A stretch of 63,638 bases of DNA, the filler included, from Octopus bimaculoides (lineage: Eukaryota): NCBI RefSeq assembly GCF_001194135.2. It is 5 parts of 5 records of this genome, joined end to end, with 100 filler letters (N's around TTAATTAATTAA, not from the genome) between each part and the next. Parts side by side here need not be neighbours in the genome. Positions count along the whole stretch, not along the records: positions 40,272 to 59,647 come from NC_068981.1; positions 59,748 to 62,172 come from NC_068986.1; positions 62,273 to 63,638 come from NC_068999.1; 2 more parts are not named here. One strand, given 5' to 3'. This document shows positions 50,270 through 63,239 of this stretch, piece after piece. Positions within the stretch are counted from its first letter, which is position 1, and each line of letters begins with the position of its first letter. The notes under the pieces were generated by a model. That model ran no database searches. It was not told the origin of the DNA and saw nothing but the letters and a program-made list of their open reading frames with translations. Position numbers and translations under genes: made by a program.

Positions 50270-50650
50270 TGCAGCGTCTGACCACCTCTTGTACGTACAC
50301 CTTAATCCACTGTGGCGTCTGATATAGCATTTTAAACCAGACAATATATTGAAAAGACACCCACTTAGATTGCATATCCGATTTGTACCACCAAGAGCTG
50401 TGGTTAAGTTCTGATCTTTGTGGATCTTAAAATATCTTTCGAGGCCTTCGTTAGAATTGCAGACCTTATGGCATACACAGCATTGAAAGGTGTGCATAAA
50501 TATATGGGCAGAATAGCTGGTGGAGGTTCGCTTTTCATTGGTCCTCAAAGGAGATTTGAGGCTAGCAAAAGAAAAGCAATGTCTGTCATAACCTGTGCAC
50601 ACACAAAGTTCACTGAGGTTCACCTTCTCGATCGCAACAGTGTTCTTTAA
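50270..50650 (-). pseudogene. Degenerate double C2H2-like finger, most likely the C-terminus of an RTE-type LINE
   Basis: FQCCVCHKVCNSNEGLERYFKIH and ICNLSGCLFNILSGLKCYIRRH. No TGEKPY linkers; several Zn ligands are lost. Confidence 0.55.
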
Positions 50651-50844
50651 ATATATATACACAGACATTGTGCGTCTTGATCTGAGCCTGTGTTGAAACA
50701 GGAGCAATTTCAAAAGTTCTACCCAATTAATAACAAAGATGTGTGAAATTCACTTTAGATTGAAATTTATTTCATGCGGTTTTTGTGACTAGATGAAAGT
50801 TGAGTGAGACAAATTTTGACACTTCCCGAAAAAATTGGGTAGGT

Positions 50845-50925
50845 GTCTTCTGCAATAGCCTTGGGTCAACCAAATCCTCGTTAGTGGATTTGGTTAGCGG
50901 AAACTGAAAAAACACTCCTCGTTTA
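50845..50925 (+). mobile_element. SINE family B head fragment
   Basis: tgtcttctgcaatagccttgggtcaacc..gtggatttggttagcggaaactgaaaa. Confidence 0.7.
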
Positions 50926-52668
50926 CCTATATATATATGCGTGTGTGTGCGTTGATACATTTGTATATGTGTATATATATATATGGATATATAGATAAAT
51001 AAATACATAGATATATCTATATGCATAGACATATATATGTTTATACATACATAGGCACACACACAAATGTGTATATGTGTGTACGTATGTGTGTGTTTGT
51101 GTGTATGTATGTGTGTGTATGTGCATAATGATATATATTCAGAAAGAAAGACAGAGAGAGGAGGAGGGAGAGAGAGAAAGTAACATAGAAAGAGCGAGGG
51201 GAGAGGGAAAGAGTGATTTATACTGTCTGTAAGCGATGGAGTTGTCACAGTATTTACATTTAATCAACAAAAGTTTAACTAGCACATGTCGGCCATTGAT
51301 ATGGATGGCGATAGACTGTCATGTGAAGTGTTTCACAAACTGCGCCCATCTCTCGGCCAGCACTTATTAAATTCAATCGAAACCGCCCTCTGCTTATGCA
51401 CGCACATAGAGCAAATATAATTATTCAACTTTGCGTATGAAAAGATGCATCAGTTAGTTGGAAATACAAGGCCAAAAATTTCTATCAGTGATTAATATGA
51501 CCTATTGACTTCATCAGAAGACGAAATATTGGTCAGGATAGAAATCTCTATTTCGGTTAAATGTTTAAATTCTACTTGGGTTATGTTTGCTTTTAATTCC
51601 TTCAATAATAATATATTAACTGTATGTTATTTACGGAATATACTCAGTCTGTTATGCTGTTTTATTTGAACACACGACTGTATATCGAGCAAAAGAGGAA
51701 GCTTAGATGTCTGCGTTTAACATGTTTAAAATAGCAGCCAATTTCTTCAAAATCATAACTTCTGAGAAATTAGAAGCACATACAGGACACCGTAGGCTCA
51801 AATATAGAGGAGCAACAACACGGTATCTATTAGAAAGTCTTTGGCTAGAGATCGCTTTAATCAAGCGTGACATGCTGCTAATCTCTTAGGCTTATACACC
51901 GGTTTATTAACCAGGAAACAAAACTACAAACATGGATACACGCACACACGCGCGCATAAACACACATACACACACATGCACATACACACACAATCATACA
52001 GACACACGCATGCAAGTACAAACACACTTGCACACACGCACACATGCACACACATAGATACACACGCACACGCACACACATACAAACTCATACTTCGCCA
52101 TACACTGTATTTTAATTTTCCTCCGAGGAAAATAAAACATTCATTTATCGCAAGGGATATTATTATTTTTGTTCTTCAGACCAAAGTCGGTTTTGATCTC
52201 ATAGAACTAAGATCAAAGACGTTCTATTCGTTTCCATTCCAGTATTATTTCAGACACAATTCATTTACGACTACATTATTCCAACTTTTTTTCTTTGTAT
52301 ATAAACTATATTTTTTGTGACTGGTTAGAGATTTAAGTACTATTTCCTCCATTTCGAGCTATCACATAACAAATTGTAAAATTTCAAAATAGTCGAATTC
52401 ACACCATGCTTTCGGTTACCATTAGAAATTCATTTAATCTAAATCGTGTAGAGCATAAGTGACACAAGTGTCTGTTTCTCTTTCCAGCCACTGGAATACG
52501 GTCATACTGTGACACCACCTCCAGCGATTTTAGCTGATCATATCTCTCCCACTTCCATTCTCGACTGCTACTTAATTTACAGATGTATAATAGTTATCAA
52601 ATGACTAAATTAACTCTTAGACTTAAACACCGGTTTATAAAACATGAAACAAAACAGGAAGCACGGAT

Positions 52669-52773
<105 letters not shown>

Positions 52774-53029
52774 CACACACACGCACACGCACACATACGC
52801 ACACACACAAGCACGCACATGACGTATACACACACGCACACGTACACACATACATATATATATAGATATGTAAATATATATATGACAGGTTTGTAAATCA
52901 AACTAACAAGAGTTTTTTTATACACTCACGGAGGTTAGCTGGCATTAATAACCAGTACTTGCGACTACGCTACCCACTTGGATTCTATATCCCTAATCAA
53001 GAGAGAATGCGCGCCGTTGCGGGACCTAA

Positions 53030-53905
53030 CTCTCCTTTCCCAGTTTCTCCTCTGTAGATCCTGTCATTTTGTTAAGAGACTGACATACTTGTTCTCAAAC
53101 TCTTTATACCTTCCTTTCTCATTAGCAGCAGGCCACAGAACCCTCGGTTTCCTCCGAGTACTGTCTGATACACCAGTCTCATAACCTGCAGTTTACTGTC
53201 GAGAAACGGTATTTGCTATAGCATTTATCGATCCGCTGTGATTTGAGTCCGGGAATGATTTGCCACGTGCTTTACGATCAGATGATACGCACTGCTCAGT
53301 TCTTTTCTTACAACTCTTTTCCTGATGTATCTTCAAGCCCCTTCCGGTTGAGAAAATCCTACAGCACAGCTTGCATCCAAAGTTGTTTGCACTTCGTTCG
53401 CTGTTCGAAGGAATAGCCATATTCATGTTCAAGGTCATTTCGGTGTTAACTTGGCTTGATTGATTCTCGACTCACCACTCTCGGTCAATGATGGGGCTGT
53501 CAATCTCATAGGTAGTTATTACAAAATGTTAGAGAGGCAAGGATTGTAATTTCGCAGCCTCCTGCAGTATTACCTGGCATCGATAGTCTTACCCCTTATC
53601 AGCTCGTCTTATGTGATTTGCTTTATATACAGAGAAATTAAGTTGTATTAAGGTATTTACCTAGTATCGCATTACTTGGTTGTGAGTGACAACGCCTTCA
53701 CTGCTAGATGAGGTCGGTTCCCGTTGAACGAGGAACAAAGCATTTTCTCATTGGCTGGTTTAGACAACGTGTTGGTGTCGTTAAATATCAATGGCCTTGG
53801 ATATGTGCTGCTGAAAGCGACTGACAAAAACGGCTGGTGTGGTTATGCAACTAAGGTCTAGCGAATGCAAATATCCGGTGTGCAATGTCAACATGATATG
53901 CACTG
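53030..53905 (-). mobile_element. 5' portion of a HERO-like (RLE-bearing) non-LTR retrotransposon: putative 5' UTR plus ORF N-terminus
   Basis: FGCKLCCRIFSTGRGLKIHQEKSCKKR..DSNHSG, continuing in frame past a stop as RRKPRVLWPAANEKGRYKEFEN..GSTEEKL. This matches the recalled HERO N-terminal motifs (C..C....RGLKIHQ..C; WP.AN). Confidence 0.7.
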
Positions 53906-55079
53906 NNNNNNNNNNNNNNNNNNNNNNNNNNNNNNNNNNNNNNNNNNNNNNNNNNNNNNNNNNNNNNNNNNNNNNNNNNNNNNNNNNNNNNNNNNNNNNN
54001 NNNNNNNNNNNNNNNNNNNNNNNNNNNNNNNNNNNNNNNNNNNNNNNNNNNNNNNNNNNNNNNNNNNNNNNNNNNNNNNNNNNNNNNNNNNNNNNNNNNN
54101 NNNNNNNNNNNNNNNNNNNNNNNNNNNNNNNNNNNNNNNNNNNNNNNNNNNNNNNNNNNNNNNNNNNNNNNNNNNNNNNNNNNNNNNNNNNNNNNNNNNN
54201 NNNNNNNNNNNNNNNNNNNNNNNNNNNNNNNNNNNNNNNNNNNNNNNNNNNNNNNNNNNNNNNNNNNNNNNNNNNNNNNNNNNNNNNNNNNNNNNNNNNN
54301 NNNNNNNNNNNNNNNNNNNNNNNNNNNNNNNNNNNNNNNNNNNNNNNNNNNNNNNNNNNNNNNNNNNNNNNNNNNNNNNNNNNNNNNNNNNNNNNNNNNN
54401 NNNNNNNNNNNNNNNNNNNNNNNNNNNNNNNNNNNNNNNNNNNNNNNNNNNNNNNNNNNNNNNNNNNNNNNNNNNNNNNNNNNNNNNNNNNNNNNNNNNN
54501 NNNNNNNNNNNNNNNNNNNNNNNNNNNNNNNNNNNNNNNNNNNNNNNNNNNNNNNNNNNNNNNNNNNNNNNNNNNNNNNNNNNNNNNNNNNNNNCGTTCC
54601 CTCTCCCCTTCACCGTTCCCTCTCACTTTCTCTCTCACTCTTCCACCTCAACTCTCTCGTTACTCACATGTGACCAACGGTTATCTATCTTTCTTTCTTC
54701 CACTACCTTCCTAAAGACAAGATGTGCTTTTCCCTGTCTCTTCTCAGAGCTCGTTTTCCCAGCGTTCACCCTTCACCTTGTTATGACTTAACAGCCCTCA
54801 CCGTTTGTTTTTACTGCCCTGTTTTGGTCACCACTTTAACCCTCCGCAAAACATCCTAAATTTTATTTAATTTGCTTTGCGGGAAGGAATGTTTTAACGA
54901 AGACGCGTCTTGGCCCTACCTTCGAAACGCGGAGTAGATAAAACAGAGGACAACTGAAGAAGGGATTGTTCTTTATGTTGCCTGTATCTTTTCTCTATTT
55001 GTTTCTTTCGTTGTTCGAAAAAAAGTTCGTTTTCCATGCTTTTGTTTTTTTATGTTCTCGTTTCTCATTTTGTTCACGT

Positions 55080-55308
55080 TTCGTGTGTTGAAGCTTAATT
55101 TATAGTGTCTGGGGAGATTCATTCTCTTTTAATGCCTTATTAATTCTAACACACTCACCGGTCTGATTTCCACTCTTTTACTTATTTATTTTTACTAAAA
55201 TTTTCGTTGCATCTTGCAACCTTTTCAATAGTCAGTCACTCTCCGTTATCGGAACAGCCTTCTTTTCTTTGTGTGCATGTGTGCGTGTCAGTGTGCGTGC
55301 GCATACAC

Positions 55309-55339
<31 letters not shown>

Positions 55340-55340
55340 T
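55080..55340 (+). mobile_element. Unclassified short repeat ending in (TGTA)n; further copies at 55795-55898 (minus, internally deleted) and 57571-57860 (minus)
   Basis: gttgaagcttaatttatagtgtctggggagattcattctcttttaatgccttattaatt..ctcaccggtctgatt aligns with both reverse copies. Confidence 0.85.
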
Positions 55341-55891
55341 GTATGTGTGTATATGCATGTATGCGTATACATATATATGTATGCATGTGTGCACATTTGT
55401 ATGTATGTGTGTAATGTGTGCACCTTTGTATGTATCTGTTCTGCATATCCATGTACCTGTGTGTTCATGTTTGTGTGCTTGTGTTTGTGTATTTGTGTTT
55501 ACTTGTATTCCTGCTTGTGTGTTTGTATGTGTGTGTGTATTTGTGTGTGTACCTCTGTCTCCTTGTGTGTACAAGTTTGTGTGTGTCTGTGTATGGGATT
55601 GTGTGTAGGTATAAACTGTGGGTATTGGATATGTTTCACTAATGAGGACGTACTCTTGTACTTGCATGCATATATATATATATATATATGCATACTCACA
55701 TACATGAATACACGAATACATGCAGAGTACATACATACATAGTGCGCACATGCATACATATATATATATGCATATACACACATGCATGCATTACACACAT
55801 ATGTGTATGCACACACACACTAACGCACACACATGAGTGGGTGAGTGTGTTAAATTAATAAGTCACTAAAAGAGAATGACTCTCCCCAGAC

Positions 55892-55928
<37 letters not shown>

Positions 55929-56469
55929 NNNNNNNNNNNNNNNNNNNNNNNNNNNNNNNNNNNNNNNNNNNNNNNNNNNNNNNNNNNNNNNNNNNNNNNN
56001 NNNNNNNNNNNNNNNNNNNNNNNNNNNNNNNNNNNNNNNNNNNNNNNNNNNNNNNNNNNNNNNNNNNNNNNNNNNNNNNNNNNNNNNNNNNNNNNNNNNN
56101 NNNNNNNNNNNNNNNNNNNNNNNNNNNNNNNNNNNNNNNNNNNNNNNNNNNNNNNNNNNNNNNNNNNNNNNNNNNNNNNNNNNNNNNNNNNNNNNNNNNN
56201 NNNNNNNNNNNNNNNNNNNNNNNNNNNNNNNNNNNNNNNNNNNNNNNNNNNNNNNNNNNNNNNNNNNNNNNNNNNNNNNNNNNNNNNNNNNNNNNNNNNN
56301 NNNNNNNNNNNNNNNNNNNNNNNNNNNNNNNNNNNNNNNNNNNNNNNNNNNNNNNNNNNNNNNNNNNNNNNNATATATATACTGGATGAGAATATGCTAA
56401 CACACGCATGGAGTAGATACGCGCCAAACTAGTACTCGATTGAATTTTAAACTCCAAATTTTCTACATA

Positions 56470-56552
<83 letters not shown>

Positions 56553-56692
56553 ATTTATACACATGTAACTCCTTACACATATATATGTATATATATATAT
56601 GTATGTATTATGAATATGGTGTGTTTAGGTGTAGGTATTATGTGTGAGTGTGTGCGTGCGTGTGCGTTTGTGCATTCGTGGTACATGATAAG

Positions 56693-58192
56693 TATCAAGC
56701 TGAATAAAAAGTAAGCAGCGTTTTGAACCATGAAGAATTTGTACCGGATTTTTGCAGTGTCTTGAATCTTTTAAGCATTTTTTTTTTTTTGCAATTGTCT
56801 GATAACACAGACATAGACTTGCACAAATCCATCAATAAATTGACAGTGATATTTTTTTCGCCGTTATTACAATCATCTGCTATTCAACTTCAAAAAAGGA
56901 CGTAAAGCAGCTGAAACTGGTGGGAAAATGACCAGTGAGTGGTCAGCTCGAAAGTGGTTTAAACGATTTCGCAGTGGAGACTTGAGCCTTGAAGATCGTG
57001 GCCTTAGTGGACGTTCGTCTGTCATCGATGACGGTCAATTAAAGACCGTCATTGAGAAAGATCCACGTAAANNNNNNNNNNNNNNNNNNNNNNNNNNNNN
57101 NNNNNNNNNNNNNNNNNNNNNNNNNNNNNNNNNNNNNNNNNNNNNNNNNNNNNNNNNNNNNNNNNNNNNNNNNNNNNNNNNNNNNNNNNNNNNNNNNNNN
57201 NNNNNNNNNNNNNNNNNNNNNNNNNNNNNNNNNNNNNNNNNNNNNNNNNNNNNNNNNNNNNNNNNNNNNNNNNNNNNNNNNNNNNNNNNNNNNNNNNNNN
57301 NNNNNNNNNNNNNNNNNNNNNNNNNNNNNNNNNNNNNNNNNNNNNNNNNNNNNNNNNNNNNNNNNNNNNNNNNNNNNNNNNNNNNNNNNNNNNNNNNNNN
57401 NNNNNNNNNNNNNNNNNNNNNNNNNNNNNNNNNNNNNNNNNNNNNNNNNNNNNNNNNNNNNNNNNNNNNNNNNNNNNNNNNNNNNNNNNNNNNNNNNNNN
57501 NNNNNNNNNNNNNNNNGGCTAATCATTCTTTATGACAATGCTCCACCACACGTTTCACTAATGATGCTCCGTACATACATACATACATACATACATACAT
57601 ACATACATACATACATACATACACATGTGTATGCGCACACACACTAACGCATACACATGCGCAGAAAAAAAAGAAGGCTGTTTCGATAACGGACAGAGTG
57701 AATGACTATTAAAAAGATTGCAAAGCGCGACGAAAATTTCAGTAAAAATAAATAAGTAAAAGAGTGGGAATCAGACCGGTGAGTGTTAAATTAATAAGGC
57801 ACTAAAAGAGAATGACTCTCACCAGACACAATAAATTATGCTTCAACATACGAATTCACATGAAGAGGGAACTTGACTACGAAGTTCTTCCCCACTCAGC
57901 TTAATCCCCAAACCTTTCTTCTACGGACTACAACCTTTTAAAGCACCTTGATGGTTTCCTGCGAGAGAAGGAGTTCAAAAATCAAACCGATGCTGAAAGT
58001 ACGTTCAAAGAGTTCATCAGCTCCAGAACTCCAGATTTTTATGTTACCGGAATAAGCAAACTTGTTACTCGTAGGCTAAATAGTGTTGATTGTAATGGTA
58101 TTTACTTTGATGAACAAAATTTCCGTATTGTTGAAATATATTGTGATGAATTTCATGTTACAAAACATTGCTTATTTTTACTCAGTCTGATA
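56693..58192 (+). mobile_element. Mariner-like transposon with TIRs, a sequence gap and a nested insertion
   Basis: TA-tcaagctgaataaaaagtaagcagcgttttg and caaaacattgcttatttttactcagtctga-TA. Peptides KWFKRFRSGDLSLED..SGR, YDNAPPHVS, YEVLPHSA*SPNLSSTDY. Confidence 0.9.
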
Positions 58193-59049
58193 GTTTTAAA
58201 GATTCAACTAGGTAGTGTATATAAAATCATGAAATATATGATGTCCAAACGGATTTTAAATCAACGGCTTCTGTCATTTCCTCAGTATAAATACCATTCT
58301 ACTTCATATCTGCTCCGAATGCCAGTTGCTGTACCAACGTTTTGCAATAAATACGTTTCGACTTGCGAGGTCATATGCATTCAGGTTGATGCATAGCTAA
58401 GGTGAGCGTCACCTGTCATACTTCTGACAGGATTGTCAATCACAATTAGGCTGTAACACCTCACTCACAGCTTTTGACGATGAGAATAGGGACACTTCAT
58501 TCAGTATGTGTTCAGATCAATTTAAGAAGCTTGTGTGAAACGTTCCTTCGATCTAATATTTTATGTAGTGAAATTATAGCAAAGGTGTCAACGTTAAGCG
58601 TGTAAACATGTATTCGTAATTCAGTATTCCATCAATGCGTTTTTATTGTTGACCTAATAGATCGTAAGAAAACTGTTTTCTATTATTACAGGAATTGATG
58701 AACATTAGATTTGTTGTGTTTTTTTTTTCAGTGCAAATATGGCGCCGCTGGTTAGAATAGTAATTCAAAGTAAAAATGCTAAAAGTGTTTATGCCTTAAG
58801 TTTTTAAAAGCAACTATTCTCTCTGCTAAAGTTGTTCTGGCTGTACTATTTAGAAACATGTCACACTTATTAATAACGAAGTGTAAAAAAGAACTTTCAT
58901 TGTATGTGCGTTTCTTGTTGATCAGACATCAGAACAGTTTGAATAAAAGTAATAGCACTAGACGACGAACATTAAAACAGCGGCTTTGGTTAAGCTCTTG
59001 GTTCCGCGAACTTCTTTGTTCATTCAGCGAACGAGTTGTTTGCTGATTG

Positions 59050-59215
59050 GTGGACCGCGGCCATGCTGGATCACCGCCATTAAAAATTTTAATCAGACGA
59101 ACCGATCCCAGTACATTTTTTTAAAAACGTTTTCTATCAGCATCTTTGCCGGCCTGCTAAATTACAGGGACATAAGCACACCGACACCAGTTGTGAAGTG
59201 GTGATGATGGAGAAA
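59050..59215 (-). mobile_element. SINE family B tail
   Basis: gaccgcggccatgctggatcaccgcc. Confidence 0.8.
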
Positions 59216-59447
59216 CGCAGACACAATGAAACACACACTCAATGACACACACACACGCAGACGCACACCCGTACACAGAGACACCGACACACACACAGTC
59301 ACTCACTCACACTTATACACACACACAGACACACACACACACACACACACAGTCACTCACACAGACGTACACACACATACACACCGATATACATACATAC
59401 CTACCTACATACATACATGCATACATACACACACACCCACGCACACA

Positions 59448-59499
<52 letters not shown>

Positions 59500-60274
59500 C
59501 GTATAAGATGGGATGACCACTAAGTTGACACCCATTATGCTAGAAATAGATCATCTACGATCAAACCACACAAAAAAAAAAGAATGTTCTCCGGAGAAAT
59601 TTAGCACACAACAGAACACGAACGCGCAAGACAAATGAAAATATACANNNNNNNNNNNNNNNNNNNNNNNNNNNNNNNNNNNNNNNNNNNNTTAATTAAT
59701 TAANNNNNNNNNNNNNNNNNNNNNNNNNNNNNNNNNNNNNNNNNNNNCTTGATGAAATTTTATACAAATATCTTTCAAACAGCATAGATTACGATTATAA
59801 AGAAATTTGTGGGGGAATTTTTTTTCAGGGGGACGGGGAGAGGAGTTTCGGATCAGGAAAACCAAATAAGTTGGATTTTCCCCATTCTTTAACCACAGTT
59901 TTCGGAAATGATGGGGTATCTTTTTATGAAGAAAAACTTTTTAAAATCTTTTTTTCTATACCTCCATCCCTCATCATCCCATTCCATACCAATTTTGGCC
60001 ATATTTTTTTTCGCTTCAAAATTATAGGAGGAGCCTTTTCGGATCTTTTTCTTTTAGCCGGCACATAGAAAAAATAATTTTTTGTAATTAAACACTTTCA
60101 AATTTCGTATACTGGTAGAATGTATCATTTAAAACATTGTTTATTCTTGGCGTTTTTAAAGAAAATTCTTCTTTTTCGAAGTTATTTCGTGTTAAAGTTG
60201 TCGTATTTCGGTAATTTCCACCAATCAATGACGTCTATTGAGGTGAAAAGAATTACTGCTGTTGTTTGTCAACA

Positions 60275-61565
60275 AGAAGTTCTGGAGGTTTCTACTGGAC
60301 AACCTGCTGAGGGCCACCGAGCAGATCTGTGGATTGTGCAAAGTCCCCTTTCAACCCAACATAACGTGGTGGTGGAACAATGTTGTTGACAGGGCTATTA
60401 GACAAAAGAAACAGGCTTGGAAGGAGTGGAAGAATGGTGGTAGCAGGGAATTGTATCAGACTGCCAGAAGGGAAGCTAGGATACAGGTTTATTTAGCCAG
60501 AGGAAAAACTGATAAGAAAAAATTTGCCAATGTTCTGCGCCATGAGGATCAAAGACTTGAGGTATTTTGTGTTGCAAGACAGTATGTGAGAGAGAATCGT
60601 GATGTCGTAGGAGAGAAATGTGTTTACATGGATGATGGTTCACTTGCACTAAACGTGGCTGCAAAGAAAGAGGTTTCGAGACGCCACTACGAAAGATTAC
60701 TCAATAAAGAGACTGAATAGGAGAAAGAGAGTCTCGCCGAATGTCAACCCAACAGAGGGACCAGATATCCGAGTAGATATTCCATGGTAGATAAAGCAAT
60801 TAAGAGTATGAAGCCAGGGAAAGCCCCTGGCCTATCATGAATCACTGCAGAGATGCTCAAAATATCTGGCAGTGTCAGCTATAGCCTAGTCACCCGTATA
60901 GTTAACCAGGTGACACATGAAGGAGTCATACACAATGACTGGTGTAGCAGCACCATAGTCAACTGCTACAAAGGTAAAGGTGACGCTTTAGATACAAATA
61001 ATTACAGAGGTATCAAATTGTTGGATCAGGTAATGAAATCACGGAGAGGATCATAGCCCAACTACTCAGGGAGAGAGTCAGTTTAGATGAGATGCAATTT
61101 GGGTTTGTGCCAGGGAAAAGAATCCCTGATGCTATATTTCTGGTAAGGAAGCTTCAGGAGAAATACCTAGCCAAAGATAAACTTCTGTACCTGGCTTTCA
61201 CTGACATGGTGAAAGCCTTTGACAGGGTCCCCCATTCCCTTATCTGGTGGTCAATGAGAAAACTAGGGATAGATGAATGGTTAGTGAGAGCTGTGCAAGC
61301 CATGTACAGGAATGCTGTCAGTAAGGTGAGGGTTGGCAACAAGTACAGTGAAGAATTCCAGGTAGAGGTAGGGGTCCACCAAGGTTCAGTCCTCAGCCCC
61401 CTCCTATTTATCATAGTCCTCCAGGCTATAACAGAGGAATTCAAGACAGGATGCCCCTGGGAGCTCCTCTATGCTGATGACCTTGCGTTAATTGCTGAGT
61501 CACTATCAGAACTAGAGGAGAAGTTTCAGGTGTGGAAGCAAAGACTAGAATTGAAGGGCCTTAGT
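60275..61565 (+). pseudogene. RTE-clade LINE ORF segment (linker plus RT through YADD), truncated at both ends
   Basis: WWWNNVVDRAI, MKPGKAPG, YKGKGDALDTNNYRGIKLL, QFGFVPGK, DMVKAFDRVP, GVHQGSVLSPLLF, LLYADDLALIAES. Confidence 0.93.
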
Positions 61566-62374
61566 GTTTTTATGTGGTTGTTATCACAACAGGTCGTTGA
61601 AGTGTGAGATATACTATATCTTTATTTACAATGTTTTCATTCGTAAGTTATAACAAATATTATTGTTTATTAATTAAAAGCTATAATGATAATCTCGTTA
61701 CTTATAACTTAATTATAAGTATTTATCACTAAGCATAACTCTTAGTTTAGGCTGTGTAAATGTTATGATGTATCATGTATGTTGAAGATATAGATTATAT
61801 TTTTTCGACCGTTACACATAAAAAAAATACAGTTTCATTAATATACAGAAATAAATTTAACAAGTTGAAAGAAACGAGAAGTAAAAGGAATTAAGTTTCT
61901 ACATTAATTTATTATATACATTTTTTTTACATTTATAGAAATTTAGAAACAAATCATTTCGTCGTAGAGAATACGACTTAAATTTTATATTAACTAATTT
62001 CTCATTCTAACTATAAGGCTTCACGACAATTCAATATTGTCGGATTTGAGTATTGAACACGGCATATATATTAGCCTATACTCAAAAGGGTGAGTGTCGT
62101 GGATTTGAGTGGCCATCCAACGAACACTGGAGATTTTGCCGAAAATCAGGGTTTTTATAACTACTCATACACNNNNNNNNNNNNNNNNNNNNNNNNNNNN
62201 NNNNNNNNNNNNNNNNTTAATTAATTAANNNNNNNNNNNNNNNNNNNNNNNNNNNNNNNNNNNNNNNNNNNNGGGAATACAGAAAGTCTTTAACGATGTA
62301 TATAGCTATATATTTATATATTTATATCAATGTTTATCTATCTATCTATCTATCTATCTATTTATCTATCTATT

Positions 62375-62765
62375 CTTTTACCTGTTTCAGTCAGTAGACT
62401 GCGGCCATGCTGGAGCACTGCCTTAAAGATTTTTTTTTGAAGACATCGACCCCAGGACTTATTCTTTGTAAGCCTAGTACTTATTTTATCGGTCTCTTTT
62501 GCCGAACCGCTAGATTACGAGGATGTAAACACACCAACATCAGTTGTCAATCAAGCGTTGGTGGGAGGAAAAACAACAGACACAAGGACACATACACACA
62601 CACATATACGACGGGATTCTTTCAGTTTCCATCTACCAACATTCTCTACTAAAGACTTTGGTCGGCGCGAGACCATAGTAGAAGACACTTACCCAAGGCG
62701 TGTCGCAGTGGGACCGAACCCGGTGCCATGTGATTGGGAAGAAAGCTTCTTACCACACAGCCACA
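62375..62765 (-). mobile_element. SINE family B, full length
   Basis: actgcggccatgctggagcac..cagtgggaccgaacccgg..cttaccacacagccac. Confidence 0.9.
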
Positions 62766-63180
62766 TATATTCATAGATGGATGTAACAATACGACGGCGT
62801 TCCACTCAAGGATAAAGAACAGATAAATATCGGTTCTTCAAAACACTAATTAAATATATGCAAGAACACATTTCCAGCGTTGTTTTGAAATAATTTTTGG
62901 GCATTTCTAAACCACAGGGATTACATATGGTGTCGACAATTGAAGGGCGCAGAGTTCCTACCAAAATTGGGTCTCGTACGTGTATGGTCGATATTCTAGA
63001 TGGTTCTTTCAAGTGTCAGAGACGCATGTTGTCTCTGAGGATTAACACTGGAAACTATGTTTACAGCCAGAATAGTAATATAGACAGAATATATATATAT
63101 ATCAATATCTATCCAACTATCTATATGCATATATATATATATATATACACATACATACATACATACATATATATATGTAT

Positions 63181-63239
<59 letters not shown>

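Noticed and set aside
54900-54970. GAAAC..GTA..CTGAAGA as a type II hammerhead
   Set aside because: Stem I cannot form and stem II closure is mismatched.
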